A stretch of DNA of 64,000 nucleotides from Candidatus Poribacteria bacterium (lineage in GTDB: Bacteria; Poribacteria; WGA-4E; B28-G17). Position 1 is the first letter of the stretch. Each line of letters begins with the position of its first letter. A program made the translations under genes and the position numbers. Below, one piece after another: positions 9,147 through 18,265 of the stretch. Location of the stretch: the NCBI GenBank assembly GCA_021162805.1, contig JAGGXZ010000182.1, forward strand, positions 17,009 to 81,008, read 5' to 3'. The notes beneath the pieces are model-generated. The model was not told the origin of the DNA and made no database searches. It saw only the letters and a list, made by a program, of their open reading frames with translations.

Positions 9147-10194
9147 CGTTTTAACGTTCAACGTCCTAACGCTCAGTTTCATACTATCATCTATACCCCT
9201 CGCGGATGTCAAGACGATATCGACGATCAGAACGGCTATGCATTCCCTTACGATCAAATCGGAATTCGATATCGCTGAAAGGAGAGCTATCTTTCACACA
9301 GCGATGAAGTTCCCATCCCCTCCTGAAGGACTGAGATGGAGGCTTGATCTTTACTCGTCTGATGGAGAGCTCATCAAGCGATTCGAAGGTGGGAAACTTC
9401 CTCCAAGCGTGATCGTCTGGTCGGCGCCAGGTGATCTGAGCGGAGGTGTGATCTACCAACTCACTCTCTCGTTCAGGGGAGTTGATTTCCCATCAACGCC
9501 ACGAGCGATCCTCCTGCCTACCTCACGATACATCTCCGAACTCCCCAAATTTCGCCTCCAAGCTCAACCGAAAGAGCTATCGGGTGGGACCTCCACCTTG
9601 GTGATCATCACCCCTATAGGAACGACTCACCTATCTATTCGGCCTAAGCTATGTGTGATGGACGAGGAGGGGGCGGAAGTATGGGGGAGAAAGCTGAATG
9701 GTGGACCGGAGCTGGTGAGGTGGGATGGGAAGGATGCTCATGGCAAGTCGGTCAATCCAGGGGTCTATATATGTGTGGTAAGAGAGAAAGGTATGATCCT
9801 TTCGAATTTCGTTATCTTGGTCGTAAGGCCTCCCGAGGAAAAGGGTTCCTTCTTCTCATCCTCGATACTCTTTCACCCCAAATCAGCAGAACTCACCTCG
9901 GAAGGTATGAATCGGATCGGCGAAGTTCTCTCCTTTGTCAGAGCTCATCCTGGGGTGGCTGTGAATCTGAGAGTTGGTATATCTCCCGGCGATCCAATCC
10001 GGGGGTTAGAACTGGCTTACAAAAGGGTCAAAGAGGTGATAGGGCAGCTTGATCGGGCTTCTCCGGGTCTCATCCGAATAACAGGGTTCATCCTGGAGAG
10101 CGATGAGGTCAGAGTGGATCTAGTTCCCTATCAAAGCGGAAATTTCTTCCCATCTCTAACCCCTTCCTCCGATCGTAGCTCCGATTCTCCCTAG
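9124..10194 (+). CDS. Exported protein with FlgD-Ig-like domains and a degenerate OmpA-like C-terminal domain
   Basis: Hydrophobic N-terminus; WRLDLYSSDGELIKRFEG and VRWDGKDAHGKSVNPGVY; ILFHPKSAELT...ELAYKRVKEV resembles OmpA-C but lacks GHTD. Confidence 0.55.
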   Translation: MGWLNAFNVLTFNVLTLSFILSSIPLADVKTISTIRTAMHSLTIKSEFDIAERRAIFHTAMKFPSPPEGLRWRLDLYSSDGELIKRFEGGKLPPSVIVWSAPGDLSGGVIYQLTLSFRGVDFPSTPRAILLPTSRYISELPKFRLQAQPKELSGGTSTLVIITPIGTTHLSIRPKLCVMDEEGAEVWGRKLNGGPELVRWDGKDAHGKSVNPGVYICVVREKGMILSNFVILVVRPPEEKGSFFSSSILFHPKSAELTSEGMNRIGEVLSFVRAHPGVAVNLRVGISPGDPIRGLELAYKRVKEVIGQLDRASPGLIRITGFILESDEVRVDLVPYQSGNFFPSLTPSSDRSSDSP

Positions 10195-10214
10195 TCATTT
10201 AGCCTCCAAAGTCA

Positions 10215-10230
10215 TGGCATAGAAATTGCT
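10215..10230 (+). promoter_or_regulatory. Sigma54 (-24/-12) promoter of the fliL operon
   Basis: TGGCAT-AGAAA-TTGCT with GG 10216-17 and GC 10228-29 at exact spacing. Confidence 0.8.
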
Positions 10231-10321
10231 TTCTGACCTTAGGCGCTGGGCCTTTAAACGCCATTTCACTATAGGCGGCGGATTGCCGCCGCTGATGTTC
10301 ACGAGTGGGAGGTCTTAATAA

Positions 10322-10828
10322 ATGGCGAAGGAGAAAAGAATAGAAGGGGAAGGGGAAAAAAATGGAGGTTCAGGGATGCTTAAAAACCTCATTCCGTATC
10401 TGGGAACTTTGATCGCTTTAACCGCCATCGCGTATATAATGGTAACCAGATTCATGCCCGCACCGCCCTCCAGTGCCTCAATACAGCGGGGAGCAGTTCA
10501 AAGGAAGGAGGCCGAAACTGAAGAAAACGGGGTGCTTTATGAGTTTGGAGATGTCATCGCCAATCCGGCTCAAACTGAGGGCACCAGATTTCTGAAGGTG
10601 ACCATCTATCTGGAACTGCGCAAAGGGGAATATCAGAAGATCGTGGATAAGTATAAACCAAAACTGCAGGATGTGACCCTACAGATCCTTTCCTCAAAGA
10701 CGGTGGAAGAGCTGGAGGACGTATCCAAGAGGGGAGATCTCCGGAAGGAGATAACCGATGCAATGAACTCAGTGCTCGGAAGGAAAGTTGTGTTGAAGGT
10801 ATTCTTCACCGAATTCGTCATCCAGTGA
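10322..10828 (+). CDS. fliL: Flagellar basal body-associated protein FliL
   Basis: Single TM segment, IANPA..GTRFLKV, ILSSKT and C-terminal VFFTEFVIQ. Confidence 0.92.
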   Translation: MAKEKRIEGEGEKNGGSGMLKNLIPYLGTLIALTAIAYIMVTRFMPAPPSSASIQRGAVQRKEAETEENGVLYEFGDVIANPAQTEGTRFLKVTIYLELRKGEYQKIVDKYKPKLQDVTLQILSSKTVEELEDVSKRGDLRKEITDAMNSVLGRKVVLKVFFTEFVIQ

Positions 10829-10843
10829 TCAGAGGTTGAAAGG

Positions 10844-11896
10844 ATGGAGAAGCTTCTCTCTCAGGAGGAGATAGATGCTCTCTTAGATGCTATATCGAAT
10901 AAGAGGATCGATGAGGCGCGTCAACCATCCCAGGATGAGCCGAAATCCGTTAGGCTTTACGATTTCAGCAGGCCGGGCAGGGTTTCAAAGGATTACACCC
11001 GTTCCTTACATATCCTGCACCGCCACTTCGCCAGAATCTACAGCTCTTCCCTCTCATCGCTTCTGAGAACGCTTGTGGAGATAGAGTGCACTCAGGTGGA
11101 GCAATTGACGTACGGCGATTTCCTAATGTCCCTCTCGGAGATGTCCTGTCTGGTTATATTCTCCATGGAGCCGCTTAAAGGGGTAGCGGTGATGGAGATA
11201 GGACCGCAGTTGATCTTCCCCATGGTGGATAGACTGCTGGGAGGATCGGGGATGACATCAGTGGAACCTCATAGGATGACCGAGATCGAAAAATCCATAA
11301 TAGAGCGGGCCATAAAGGCCTCTTTAGAAGCCCTCGGCGAGATATGGAAATTCGTCTCCAAGGATATCAACGTTGAGCTTCAGAGAATAGAAACCGATCC
11401 GCAATACGTTCAGGTTATGGCCTCCAGCGATACGGTTATGTTGATCGTATTCGACGTTAAATTCGGTCAGACGATCGGGATGATGAGCATATGTTATCCC
11501 TTCTCTATGATAGAACCGGCCCTTATCAACGCCCGACCTGAGCAGTGGCTTTTCAACTATCATAGCGGCGGCGATGAGAAATACACGCCTGAGATACGGA
11601 GAAGGGTGGAGAAAGCGGATATAGTCGTCAGGGCCCATTTCCCACCAAGCAGGATAAAGCTTGGAGATCTCCTGAGACTGAAGGTGGGAGATATAATCAA
11701 ACTCGATGTGAGAATCAAAAACGGAAAGCTTCTCGATCCGGTCATACTGGATGTCGGCGGCCAGAAACGGTTCGTCGCCAAACCGGGGAGGGTCGGCAAA
11801 AAGAAGGCGGTCAAAATCATCGGCGTTTTAACTGACGAGGATGAGATAAACTTCCACGGGACCGGGAGTGTGAAAGATGGAGAATCTAAAGCCTGA
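10844..11896 (+). CDS. fliM: Flagellar motor switch protein FliM
   Basis: [11 protein letters not shown]heY-binding motif, YDFSRP, VDRLLGG and C-terminal SpoA domain. Confidence 0.96.
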   Translation: MEKLLSQEEIDALLDAISNKRIDEARQPSQDEPKSVRLYDFSRPGRVSKDYTRSLHILHRHFARIYSSSLSSLLRTLVEIECTQVEQLTYGDFLMSLSEMSCLVIFSMEPLKGVAVMEIGPQLIFPMVDRLLGGSGMTSVEPHRMTEIEKSIIERAIKASLEALGEIWKFVSKDINVELQRIETDPQYVQVMASSDTVMLIVFDVKFGQTIGMMSICYPFSMIEPALINARPEQWLFNYHSGGDEKYTPEIRRRVEKADIVVRAHFPPSRIKLGDLLRLKVGDIIKLDVRIKNGKLLDPVILDVGGQKRFVAKPGRVGKKKAVKIIGVLTDEDEINFHGTGSVKDGESKA

Positions 11897-12290
11897 AGAG
11901 ATAAACAATATGTCGCCGGAGGAGCTTCAGAGCTTAGCGGACTCCTCCCAAGAGGACGTTTTAGGAGAGGAATTTCAGGTGGAAGAGGGAGAGGAGAAGA
12001 TATCGATCCCATATGAGGAGGAGCTCCCGAAGGACAACATAGAGCTGCTGATGGATGTCGAGCTGGATGTCATAATCGAGCTGGGCCGGACCAAGATGCG
12101 GATAGGAGACATATTGAGGCTGGTGCCGGGCGCTATAATCGAACTGGATAAGCTCGCCGGCGAGCCGGTGGATGTTTTGGTCAACAACAAGCCTATCGCT
12201 AAGGGAGAAGTGGTGGTCCTGGACGAAAACTTCGGCGTGAGGATCACCAGCATAATCAATCAGGAGCAGAGACTTAAAAGCCTAGGGTGA
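11877..12290 (+). CDS. fliN: Flagellar motor switch protein FliN
   Basis: [22 protein letters not shown] and [13 protein letters not shown]. Confidence 0.95.
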   Translation: MENLKPEEINNMSPEELQSLADSSQEDVLGEEFQVEEGEEKISIPYEEELPKDNIELLMDVELDVIIELGRTKMRIGDILRLVPGAIIELDKLAGEPVDVLVNNKPIAKGEVVVLDENFGVRITSIINQEQRLKSLG

Positions 12291-12293
12291 GGG

Positions 12294-12788
12294 ATGAAGA
12301 GGAATTTGTTGAGTTTTGGAGTTCGTTGCGTTATAGCGTTCGTTACGTTCAGCGCAATGGCACAATTCGCCTGGACAGGGCAATCGGGACCTAAGGGTGG
12401 ACTCGATTACGAGAGACCCGATCTCCCAGGCATGCCCGATCTCCTAGGAGCGACACTGCGCGTGGCATTGGGGCTTATCATCGTGGTAGCCCTTCTTATC
12501 GGAGGGTTTTACCTTCTAAAAAGGCTTTCAGGTAGGGTGAGGCTGCAAGAGGAAGACATACCGGTCAAGCTGCTCTGGCAACAGAGCATCGGGCCGAGGC
12601 GATCCATATGCCTGGTCAAAGTTCTCGATAAGGTGCTGGTATTGGGCGTGACGAACACAAACATATCCCATCTGATGACGCTAACGAATGAGGAAGCGAG
12701 CTCACTTGAGATCCGACCGGAGATGGGCGGATCCACCGATCTCATCTCAGCTTTCAAAAAGCTGAGCGGTTTGAGGTTTAAAAGATGA
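12294..12788 (+). CDS. fliO: Flagellar biosynthesis protein FliO/FliZ
   Basis: TM segment followed by SIGPRRSICLVKV..KVLVLGVT; lies between fliN and fliP. Confidence 0.88.
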   Translation: MKRNLLSFGVRCVIAFVTFSAMAQFAWTGQSGPKGGLDYERPDLPGMPDLLGATLRVALGLIIVVALLIGGFYLLKRLSGRVRLQEEDIPVKLLWQQSIGPRRSICLVKVLDKVLVLGVTNTNISHLMTLTNEEASSLEIRPEMGGSTDLISAFKKLSGLRFKR

Positions 12789-13540
12789 GAAGGTGGGTTG
12801 CCATAGCTGTGATCGCCCTGTCTCTGATTCCCTGTCTTTGCCAGGGCCAGCAGATCATACCTCTACCCCGCATCACCGTCGATGTGGGAGCGGCCAATGC
12901 GGAAAACCCACGGCAGCTTTCCACGGCCATACAGATCCTTTTCCTAATAACAGCCCTCTCCCTGGCACCCGCCTTCCTGATTATGATGACATCGTTCACC
13001 AGGATCATAGTAGTGCTTTCGTTTTTAAGACATGGACTTGCGACCCAGCAGTTGCCATCCAATCAGATATTGGCAGGGTTGGCCTTATTCTTAACCGTCT
13101 TCGTGATGATGCCAATATGGAAGGATATAAACGAGAACGCCCTCAAACCCTATCTGGATGGTAAGATAGATCAATCCCAGGCGTTCCATAATGCCATCTC
13201 CCCGCTTAGAAAATTCATGTTCAAACAGACAAGGACAAAGGATCTGGCCTTAATGGTCAAGCTCTCCGGGATGCCGAAACCCAAAAACGAAAATGATGTG
13301 CCCACGTATGTCCTGATACCGGCCTTTGTGATCAGCGAGCTGAAAACGGCGTTCCAAATAGGATTTCTGCTTTTCGTGCCGTTTCTGGTGATAGATATGG
13401 TCGTGGCCTCAATATTGATGGCCATGGGGATGATGATGGTGCCGCCGGTGATAATCTCACTGCCATTTAAAGTCCTGCTTTTCGTGCTCGTGGACGGATG
13501 GAGCCTCGTCGTCGGCTCTCTTGTGGGCAGTTTCAGATAG
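12785..13540 (+). CDS. fliP: Flagellar export gate protein FliP
   Basis: MMTSFTRIIVVLSFLR, PAFVISELKTAFQIGF and MGMMMVPP..ISLPFK..LFVLVDGW. Confidence 0.97.
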   Translation: MRRWVAIAVIALSLIPCLCQGQQIIPLPRITVDVGAANAENPRQLSTAIQILFLITALSLAPAFLIMMTSFTRIIVVLSFLRHGLATQQLPSNQILAGLALFLTVFVMMPIWKDINENALKPYLDGKIDQSQAFHNAISPLRKFMFKQTRTKDLALMVKLSGMPKPKNENDVPTYVLIPAFVISELKTAFQIGFLLFVPFLVIDMVVASILMAMGMMMVPPVIISLPFKVLLFVLVDGWSLVVGSLVGSFR

Positions 13541-13549
13541 GGGGAGACT

Positions 13550-13819
13550 ATGGAGCTTGAAAGGACGGTCTATGTATTAAGTGAAGCGATAAAGCTCGTT
13601 TTTCTGCTTTCAGGGCCCGTGCTGTTGGCCTGCCTTGGCGTGGGACTTATAGTGAGTGTCCTTCAGGCGCTCACTCAGATCCAGGAGATCACTCTCAGTT
13701 TTGTGCCCAAGATATTGGCCGCCTTCGTGACGCTGGCGATATTTCTGCCGTGGATGCTGAAGTTGGCTGTCAGTTTTACTACAGCTCTGCTCAGAAACGT
13801 AGACCTGTTCATCAGATAA
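13550..13819 (+). CDS. fliQ: Flagellar export gate protein FliQ
   Basis: GLIVSVLQALTQIQEITLSFVPK and PWM. Confidence 0.96.
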   Translation: MELERTVYVLSEAIKLVFLLSGPVLLACLGVGLIVSVLQALTQIQEITLSFVPKILAAFVTLAIFLPWMLKLAVSFTTALLRNVDLFIR

Positions 13820-13833
13820 CCTTCGTTCATATT

Positions 13834-13888
13834 GAGGAACAAGGAGCGAGAAAATAATGACAAGGAGACAAGGTGACAATGGGATAAA
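13834..13888 (+). repeat. Purine-rich 7/8-nt periodic repeat tract between fliQ and fliR
   Basis: AGGAACA AGGAGCG AGAAAAT AATGACA AGGAGAC AAGGTGAC AATGGGAT; the first units match the AGGAACG family at 44129. Confidence 0.45.
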
Positions 13889-13891
13889 GAG

Positions 13892-14662
13892 ATGGGTATA
13901 GATTTAACGGGCATGGAAAGGTTCATATTGGTTCTCTTTAGAGCTGCTGGAGTTGTGACCTTCGTGCCTTTTTGGGGAAGTAGGTTGATACCTGTTAAGG
14001 TCAAGATAGGGCTCTGCTTCGTCCTGGCCGTCGTGTTCTACTCCATATCGGCGGGGGTAAGCTTCTCGCCGACGGAGGATATATTCAAACTGAGCTGGAT
14101 GATACTGAAAGAGACAGCCGTCGGTGCTGTGTTAGGTCTGGCCGGACATGTGGTGTTCTCCGGGGTGGAACTCGCAGGCGAGATGGCGGGGATGCAGATG
14201 GGGCTTAGGATGGCAACAGCTGTGGACCCCCAGTTCGAGACACAATCATCCCTGCTGGCCCAATTCAACGTGCTCTTCGCTCTGATGGTGCTTCTAGCGA
14301 TAAACGGACACTATTGGTTCTTGGAAGGCTTGGCCAGATCGTTCCGACTTATCCCACCTGGAGGAATGGTACTGCGTGAGGTTACCTTCGCTCGGATGAT
14401 GGCCCTCGTGGGGGATTTATTCCTGATAGGCCTGAAGATGAGCGCACCGATAGTTGTAGCTATGCTGATAACGAATGCCGCTTTGGGGTTAATGGTGAGG
14501 GTGGTACCTCAGATGAACATCTTCGTCGTAGGATTTCCCGTCCTGATCGCCGTTGGTCTGATCCTTCTTTTCTTCTCCTTGAAGGCTATCGCCTATCTCC
14601 TGATAAACCTTTTCCTGCAGATGCATAAGGACATAGACTTTCTCATCGGAGAGTTAGGATGA
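13892..14662 (+). CDS. fliR: Flagellar export gate protein FliR
   Basis: AGEMAGMQMGL, DP, NGH and RVVPQMNIFVVGFP. Confidence 0.95.
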   Translation: MGIDLTGMERFILVLFRAAGVVTFVPFWGSRLIPVKVKIGLCFVLAVVFYSISAGVSFSPTEDIFKLSWMILKETAVGAVLGLAGHVVFSGVELAGEMAGMQMGLRMATAVDPQFETQSSLLAQFNVLFALMVLLAINGHYWFLEGLARSFRLIPPGGMVLREVTFARMMALVGDLFLIGLKMSAPIVVAMLITNAALGLMVRVVPQMNIFVVGFPVLIAVGLILLFFSLKAIAYLLINLFLQMHKDIDFLIGELG

Positions 14663-17217
14663 AGGAGAAGGGTTTAAGCTCGAAGGAGGTCGAAAGGCTA
14701 TCGGCTATCCTGAGAAATGAAGCGGCCAGCACTCGGGAGAGGCTCCTGGCAATCAGAGCCCTCTCGACGATCGACTCGCCGCACGTATTAGCCAATATAT
14801 TGTTGGTTGCCAGCTCACAGAATAAAAGGCTAGCTCAGGAAGGAGCTGAGTTGATAAGGAAGCTCGATCAAGCCTCCCTCTTCAAGCTTCTGGATCATAT
14901 GCTGCTCAATAGGGAGGAGATCGGCTACTTCGGTCAGAAGATGTTTGAGGTTCTCTACAAGCTGAGGGAACAGGATGTGCTCAAATATATAGTGATAAAC
15001 GCCATCAAAAACGGGGAGGAGTGGGGGGAGAAAAGGCGGACCTTAAGCCAGTGGATGAGAAATTTGGGGCTGATAGAAAAATACGTGGATCTTCTAGGCG
15101 AGCTTCCGGTTGAATTGGCCAAATCATTGGGAAAGATCCTCAAGAAGGTTGATGACAGGGTGGTGCTTGATATAGCCCGATCGGCGAAAGGTATAAAGGG
15201 TATAAACAAAGAGAAGAGCGTTAAACTCCTCGATGTCCTTTATGATGTGGCGGATAACGAGGGAATAGCTCCGATATTGGTCAATCTGCTCTCGAGCGAC
15301 GATCAGAGAATAAGATCCAAAACGGCGCTTATACTGGGTAAGCTTTCGGATAACCTCCATTTCTTCCATAACGCCCTTAAAGATCCAGATCCGCGCGTCA
15401 GAGCCAATGCGGTGGAAGGACTATGGGGGCTTGATAACCCAAAGGCGAGGGATATATATCTAGAGGCTCTCGGCGATGAGAACAACCGCGTTAGAGCTAA
15501 TGCGGCCAAAGGACTCTACGAGATGGGTGATCCTAGGGGACTTCAGGTGTTGAAAGAGATGATTGATGATCATGATGGGATGATGCGCGCCAGTTCCGCC
15601 TGGGTGTTGGGCGAGATGGGAGATACCAGTATGATAGGGAAGCTCGAAAGTATGGCTGCCGGAGATCCAGCTGAGATAGCCCGCCGCAATGCCATCAGGG
15701 CGATCGAGAAGATACTCACCAAAAAGGTTGTTCCCACCCTGCGGGATCTCATCCGCTTTATGAACAAGATCGATCCGGATGCGGTTTCAAACCCTCTGAG
15801 GTTTTTCAGAAGAATTGCTGCCCTGAGATCGATAAGATCTGAGATGCTTGTTGAGGTGCTCAGCGCTGCTCCGCCGGTCGATTCCCCGATCGTAAGGCGC
15901 AAGCTGATAGAATCCATAGCCGGCGGTCTTGAGGATATGGCGGATGACGGTTTGCTTCTACTCGCCTTGATGTCGGCGATCCGATTTGACAAGATGTCGT
16001 TCTGGAGCAGGATCATAGAGGGTATCCAGGCGATGATACAGAGGCCGGAGGATAGATTGACGATCCTCAGCGGAGGGGTGGAAACGATGCCGGATATGCT
16101 CCTGGCGACCCTCAAAGAGGGCATGCCCTCAACTGCCGCTCCCATAGCCGAGATCCTAAGATGGGAAGATGAGGCGATAATCGAAAGACTGAAACCTCTG
16201 CTTGATGATTCGAACCCTCTCGTTAGATCGCTGGCAGCGGAGACGATCGGCCTCCTCGGAAGATTTGAAACGCTCGATCGGCTGGAGGAGATGGCTCGAT
16301 CCGATCCTGATCCTTCTGTCAGGGAAAAAGCTCTGAAGGCAATTGAAAGGCTGAAAACAACGGCCGAAATCACCTCTACCCTTCCCGATGAACTGCATAT
16401 GAGGATCCTCCATCTTTCGTTGGAAAACCTTCCGGAGATCTCAATCTCAGTGTCTCTCATGGATGGTAACTCGAACTCTATAGATACCTTGAGGGAAGAG
16501 GAGATCCACCTCTTCGAAAACGGCAGGCCGATAGACTGCAGATTCGAGCGACTTGGAGAGGAAATGCCGGTTTATGTTGTGATACTGATGGACTACAGCT
16601 TGAGCATGTCGGACGAAGATATATACAGGATGGAAGAGGCTGTCTCAGAGTTTATTTCCTCAGTGAAAGGTGAGGATCGAATAGCGATCCTGAAGTTCGC
16701 CTCAGAGATATACGTCCCACAGCCGCTGAACAAGGTGGATCGCCTGCGTCATGACCCTATCAGAGGAGGATTTAAGGGGGACAGAGACGGAACCATGCTA
16801 TATGATGCCTTGGATAGGGCGATCTCTATCCTCAACGAGCTGGAGGGGATAAAGCTGGCCATAGTGCTGACCGACGGGGAGGACAGCGGAAGTACCAAGA
16901 CGGCCAAAGACGTCATCCATAACGCTCTTAAAAACGGGATAAGCATCCACGCCATAGCTCTGGGAGATGAGGTCGACGAGGGAACACTCAGAAACCTGGC
17001 CATATCGACCGGTGGCGCCCTATATGCCACCGGCGATCCCGGTGAGCTTGGAAAGATCTACCGGGAGATCTCATCCTCACTGCAGTCCCATTACAGATTG
17101 AGCTATAGGTCTTGGGCCTGGGATAATGAAGTCCAAAACGCATTTTTAATCATCAGAGCTGATCTCGGCCCGTTAACCCCTGAAGCTTGGACAAAGGTGA
17201 TACTGAGAAATGGCTGA
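14659..17217 (+). CDS. HEAT-repeat plus von Willebrand factor A domain protein, cytoplasmic
   Basis: HEAT repeats DPDPRVRANAVEGLW, DENNRVRANAAKGLY, DDHDGMMRASSAWVLG, DDSNPLVRSLAAETIG and DPDPSVREKA. vWA MIDAS DYSLS...GTMLYDAL...LTDGED. No signal peptide. Overlaps fliR (ATGA) and flhB. Confidence 0.85.
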   Translation: MKEKGLSSKEVERLSAILRNEAASTRERLLAIRALSTIDSPHVLANILLVASSQNKRLAQEGAELIRKLDQASLFKLLDHMLLNREEIGYFGQKMFEVLYKLREQDVLKYIVINAIKNGEEWGEKRRTLSQWMRNLGLIEKYVDLLGELPVELAKSLGKILKKVDDRVVLDIARSAKGIKGINKEKSVKLLDVLYDVADNEGIAPILVNLLSSDDQRIRSKTALILGKLSDNLHFFHNALKDPDPRVRANAVEGLWGLDNPKARDIYLEALGDENNRVRANAAKGLYEMGDPRGLQVLKEMIDDHDGMMRASSAWVLGEMGDTSMIGKLESMAAGDPAEIARRNAIRAIEKILTKKVVPTLRDLIRFMNKIDPDAVSNPLRFFRRIAALRSIRSEMLVEVLSAAPPVDSPIVRRKLIESIAGGLEDMADDGLLLLALMSAIRFDKMSFWSRIIEGIQAMIQRPEDRLTILSGGVETMPDMLLATLKEGMPSTAAPIAEILRWEDEAIIERLKPLLDDSNPLVRSLAAETIGLLGRFETLDRLEEMARSDPDPSVREKALKAIERLKTTAEITSTLPDELHMRILHLSLENLPEISISVSLMDGNSNSIDTLREEEIHLFENGRPIDCRFERLGEEMPVYVVILMDYSLSMSDEDIYRMEEAVSEFISSVKGEDRIAILKFASEIYVPQPLNKVDRLRHDPIRGGFKGDRDGTMLYDALDRAISILNELEGIKLAIVLTDGEDSGSTKTAKDVIHNALKNGISIHAIALGDEVDEGTLRNLAISTGGALYATGDPGELGKIYREISSSLQSHYRLSYRSWAWDNEVQNAFLIIRADLGPLTPEAWTKVILRNG

Positions 17218-18265
17218 AGATCAGGAGAAAACCGAACAGCCAAGTCAACGAAGACAGGAGAAGGCACGGGAAAAAGGGGAGGTTCCCAGAAGTCGCGAGC
17301 TGAATACGGCTATTGTGCTCCTGATAGGCCTTCTCGCTCTCAGATTCCTCGCGCCGAGAATATCGCTCGGTATCGAGGATACCTTCAGAGCCATGTGGAA
17401 CTCTGAACTCTGGAAGACAGATGGAATTTCGTATGACGTTCTCCCAATGGCGATAGTCAGAATGTTGTGGATCGTGCTGCCGATAATGTTGATCCTGGCC
17501 TGTGTTGGATTCATGGTCGGATTCGCTCAGGTTGGAGGAGTCTTCTCAATCCAGGCGATCACCCCCGATCTAAGCAGGATAAGCCCGGGCAAGGGGGTAT
17601 CGAGGATCTTCTCCAAGATGGGAGCTATGGAGATGGTCAAATCGCTGATAAAGATCAGCGCTATCGGATATATAGGATATACGACCATCAGGGGTCAGAT
17701 GGATAAGCTGCCCTTATTAACATCGGAGAATGCCGCGGGGATCGCCGCATATGCTATGAAGGCGATCTTCGATCTGGGAATGAAGGTCGTCGTGCTGATG
17801 CTGTTCGTGGCGGCGATGGACTACGGATTCCAGAGATGGCAACATATACAGAACCTCAAAATGACCCGTAGAGAGCTAAAGGAGGAGCTGAAGGAGACGG
17901 AGGGCGATCCGATAATCAGATCGATACTCAGGGAAAGAGGAATGGAGATCGCCAGAAGGAGGATGATGCAGGAGGTTCCCAAGGCGGATGTCGTCGTCAC
18001 AAACCCACAGCATATAGCCGTAGCTTTGAAATACGACAAGAAGATCGCCCCCAGCCCTCTCGTCGTGGCCAAAGGAGCGGATCTGCTGGCGCAGAGGATA
18101 AAGGAGATCGCCAGGGAACATAAAGTGCCTATCTTCGAGAATCCACCCCTGGCGAGGGCTCTGTATGAAACGGTCGATATCGGGGAGATGATACCGGAGG
18201 AGCTTTATTTCGCTGTGGCGCAGATACTGGCTCAGGTTTATAGGATGAGAGGTGTTGCGGTATGA
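17210..18265 (+). CDS. flhB: Flagellar export substrate-specificity switch FlhB
   Basis: EKTEQPS...AREKGEVPRSREL, LKMT..ELKEE.KETEGDP, TNPQHIAVALKY and PPLARALY. Confidence 0.96.
   Translation: MAEDQEKTEQPSQRRQEKAREKGEVPRSRELNTAIVLLIGLLALRFLAPRISLGIEDTFRAMWNSELWKTDGISYDVLPMAIVRMLWIVLPIMLILACVGFMVGFAQVGGVFSIQAITPDLSRISPGKGVSRIFSKMGAMEMVKSLIKISAIGYIGYTTIRGQMDKLPLLTSENAAGIAAYAMKAIFDLGMKVVVLMLFVAAMDYGFQRWQHIQNLKMTRRELKEELKETEGDPIIRSILRERGMEIARRRMMQEVPKADVVVTNPQHIAVALKYDKKIAPSPLVVAKGADLLAQRIKEIAREHKVPIFENPPLARALYETVDIGEMIPEELYFAVAQILAQVYRMRGVAV

Noticed and set aside
10231..10321. Possible c-di-GMP riboswitch in the fliL leader
   Set aside because: Only a short hairpin (GGCGGCG-gat-TGCCGCC); the conserved class I and class II motifs are absent.
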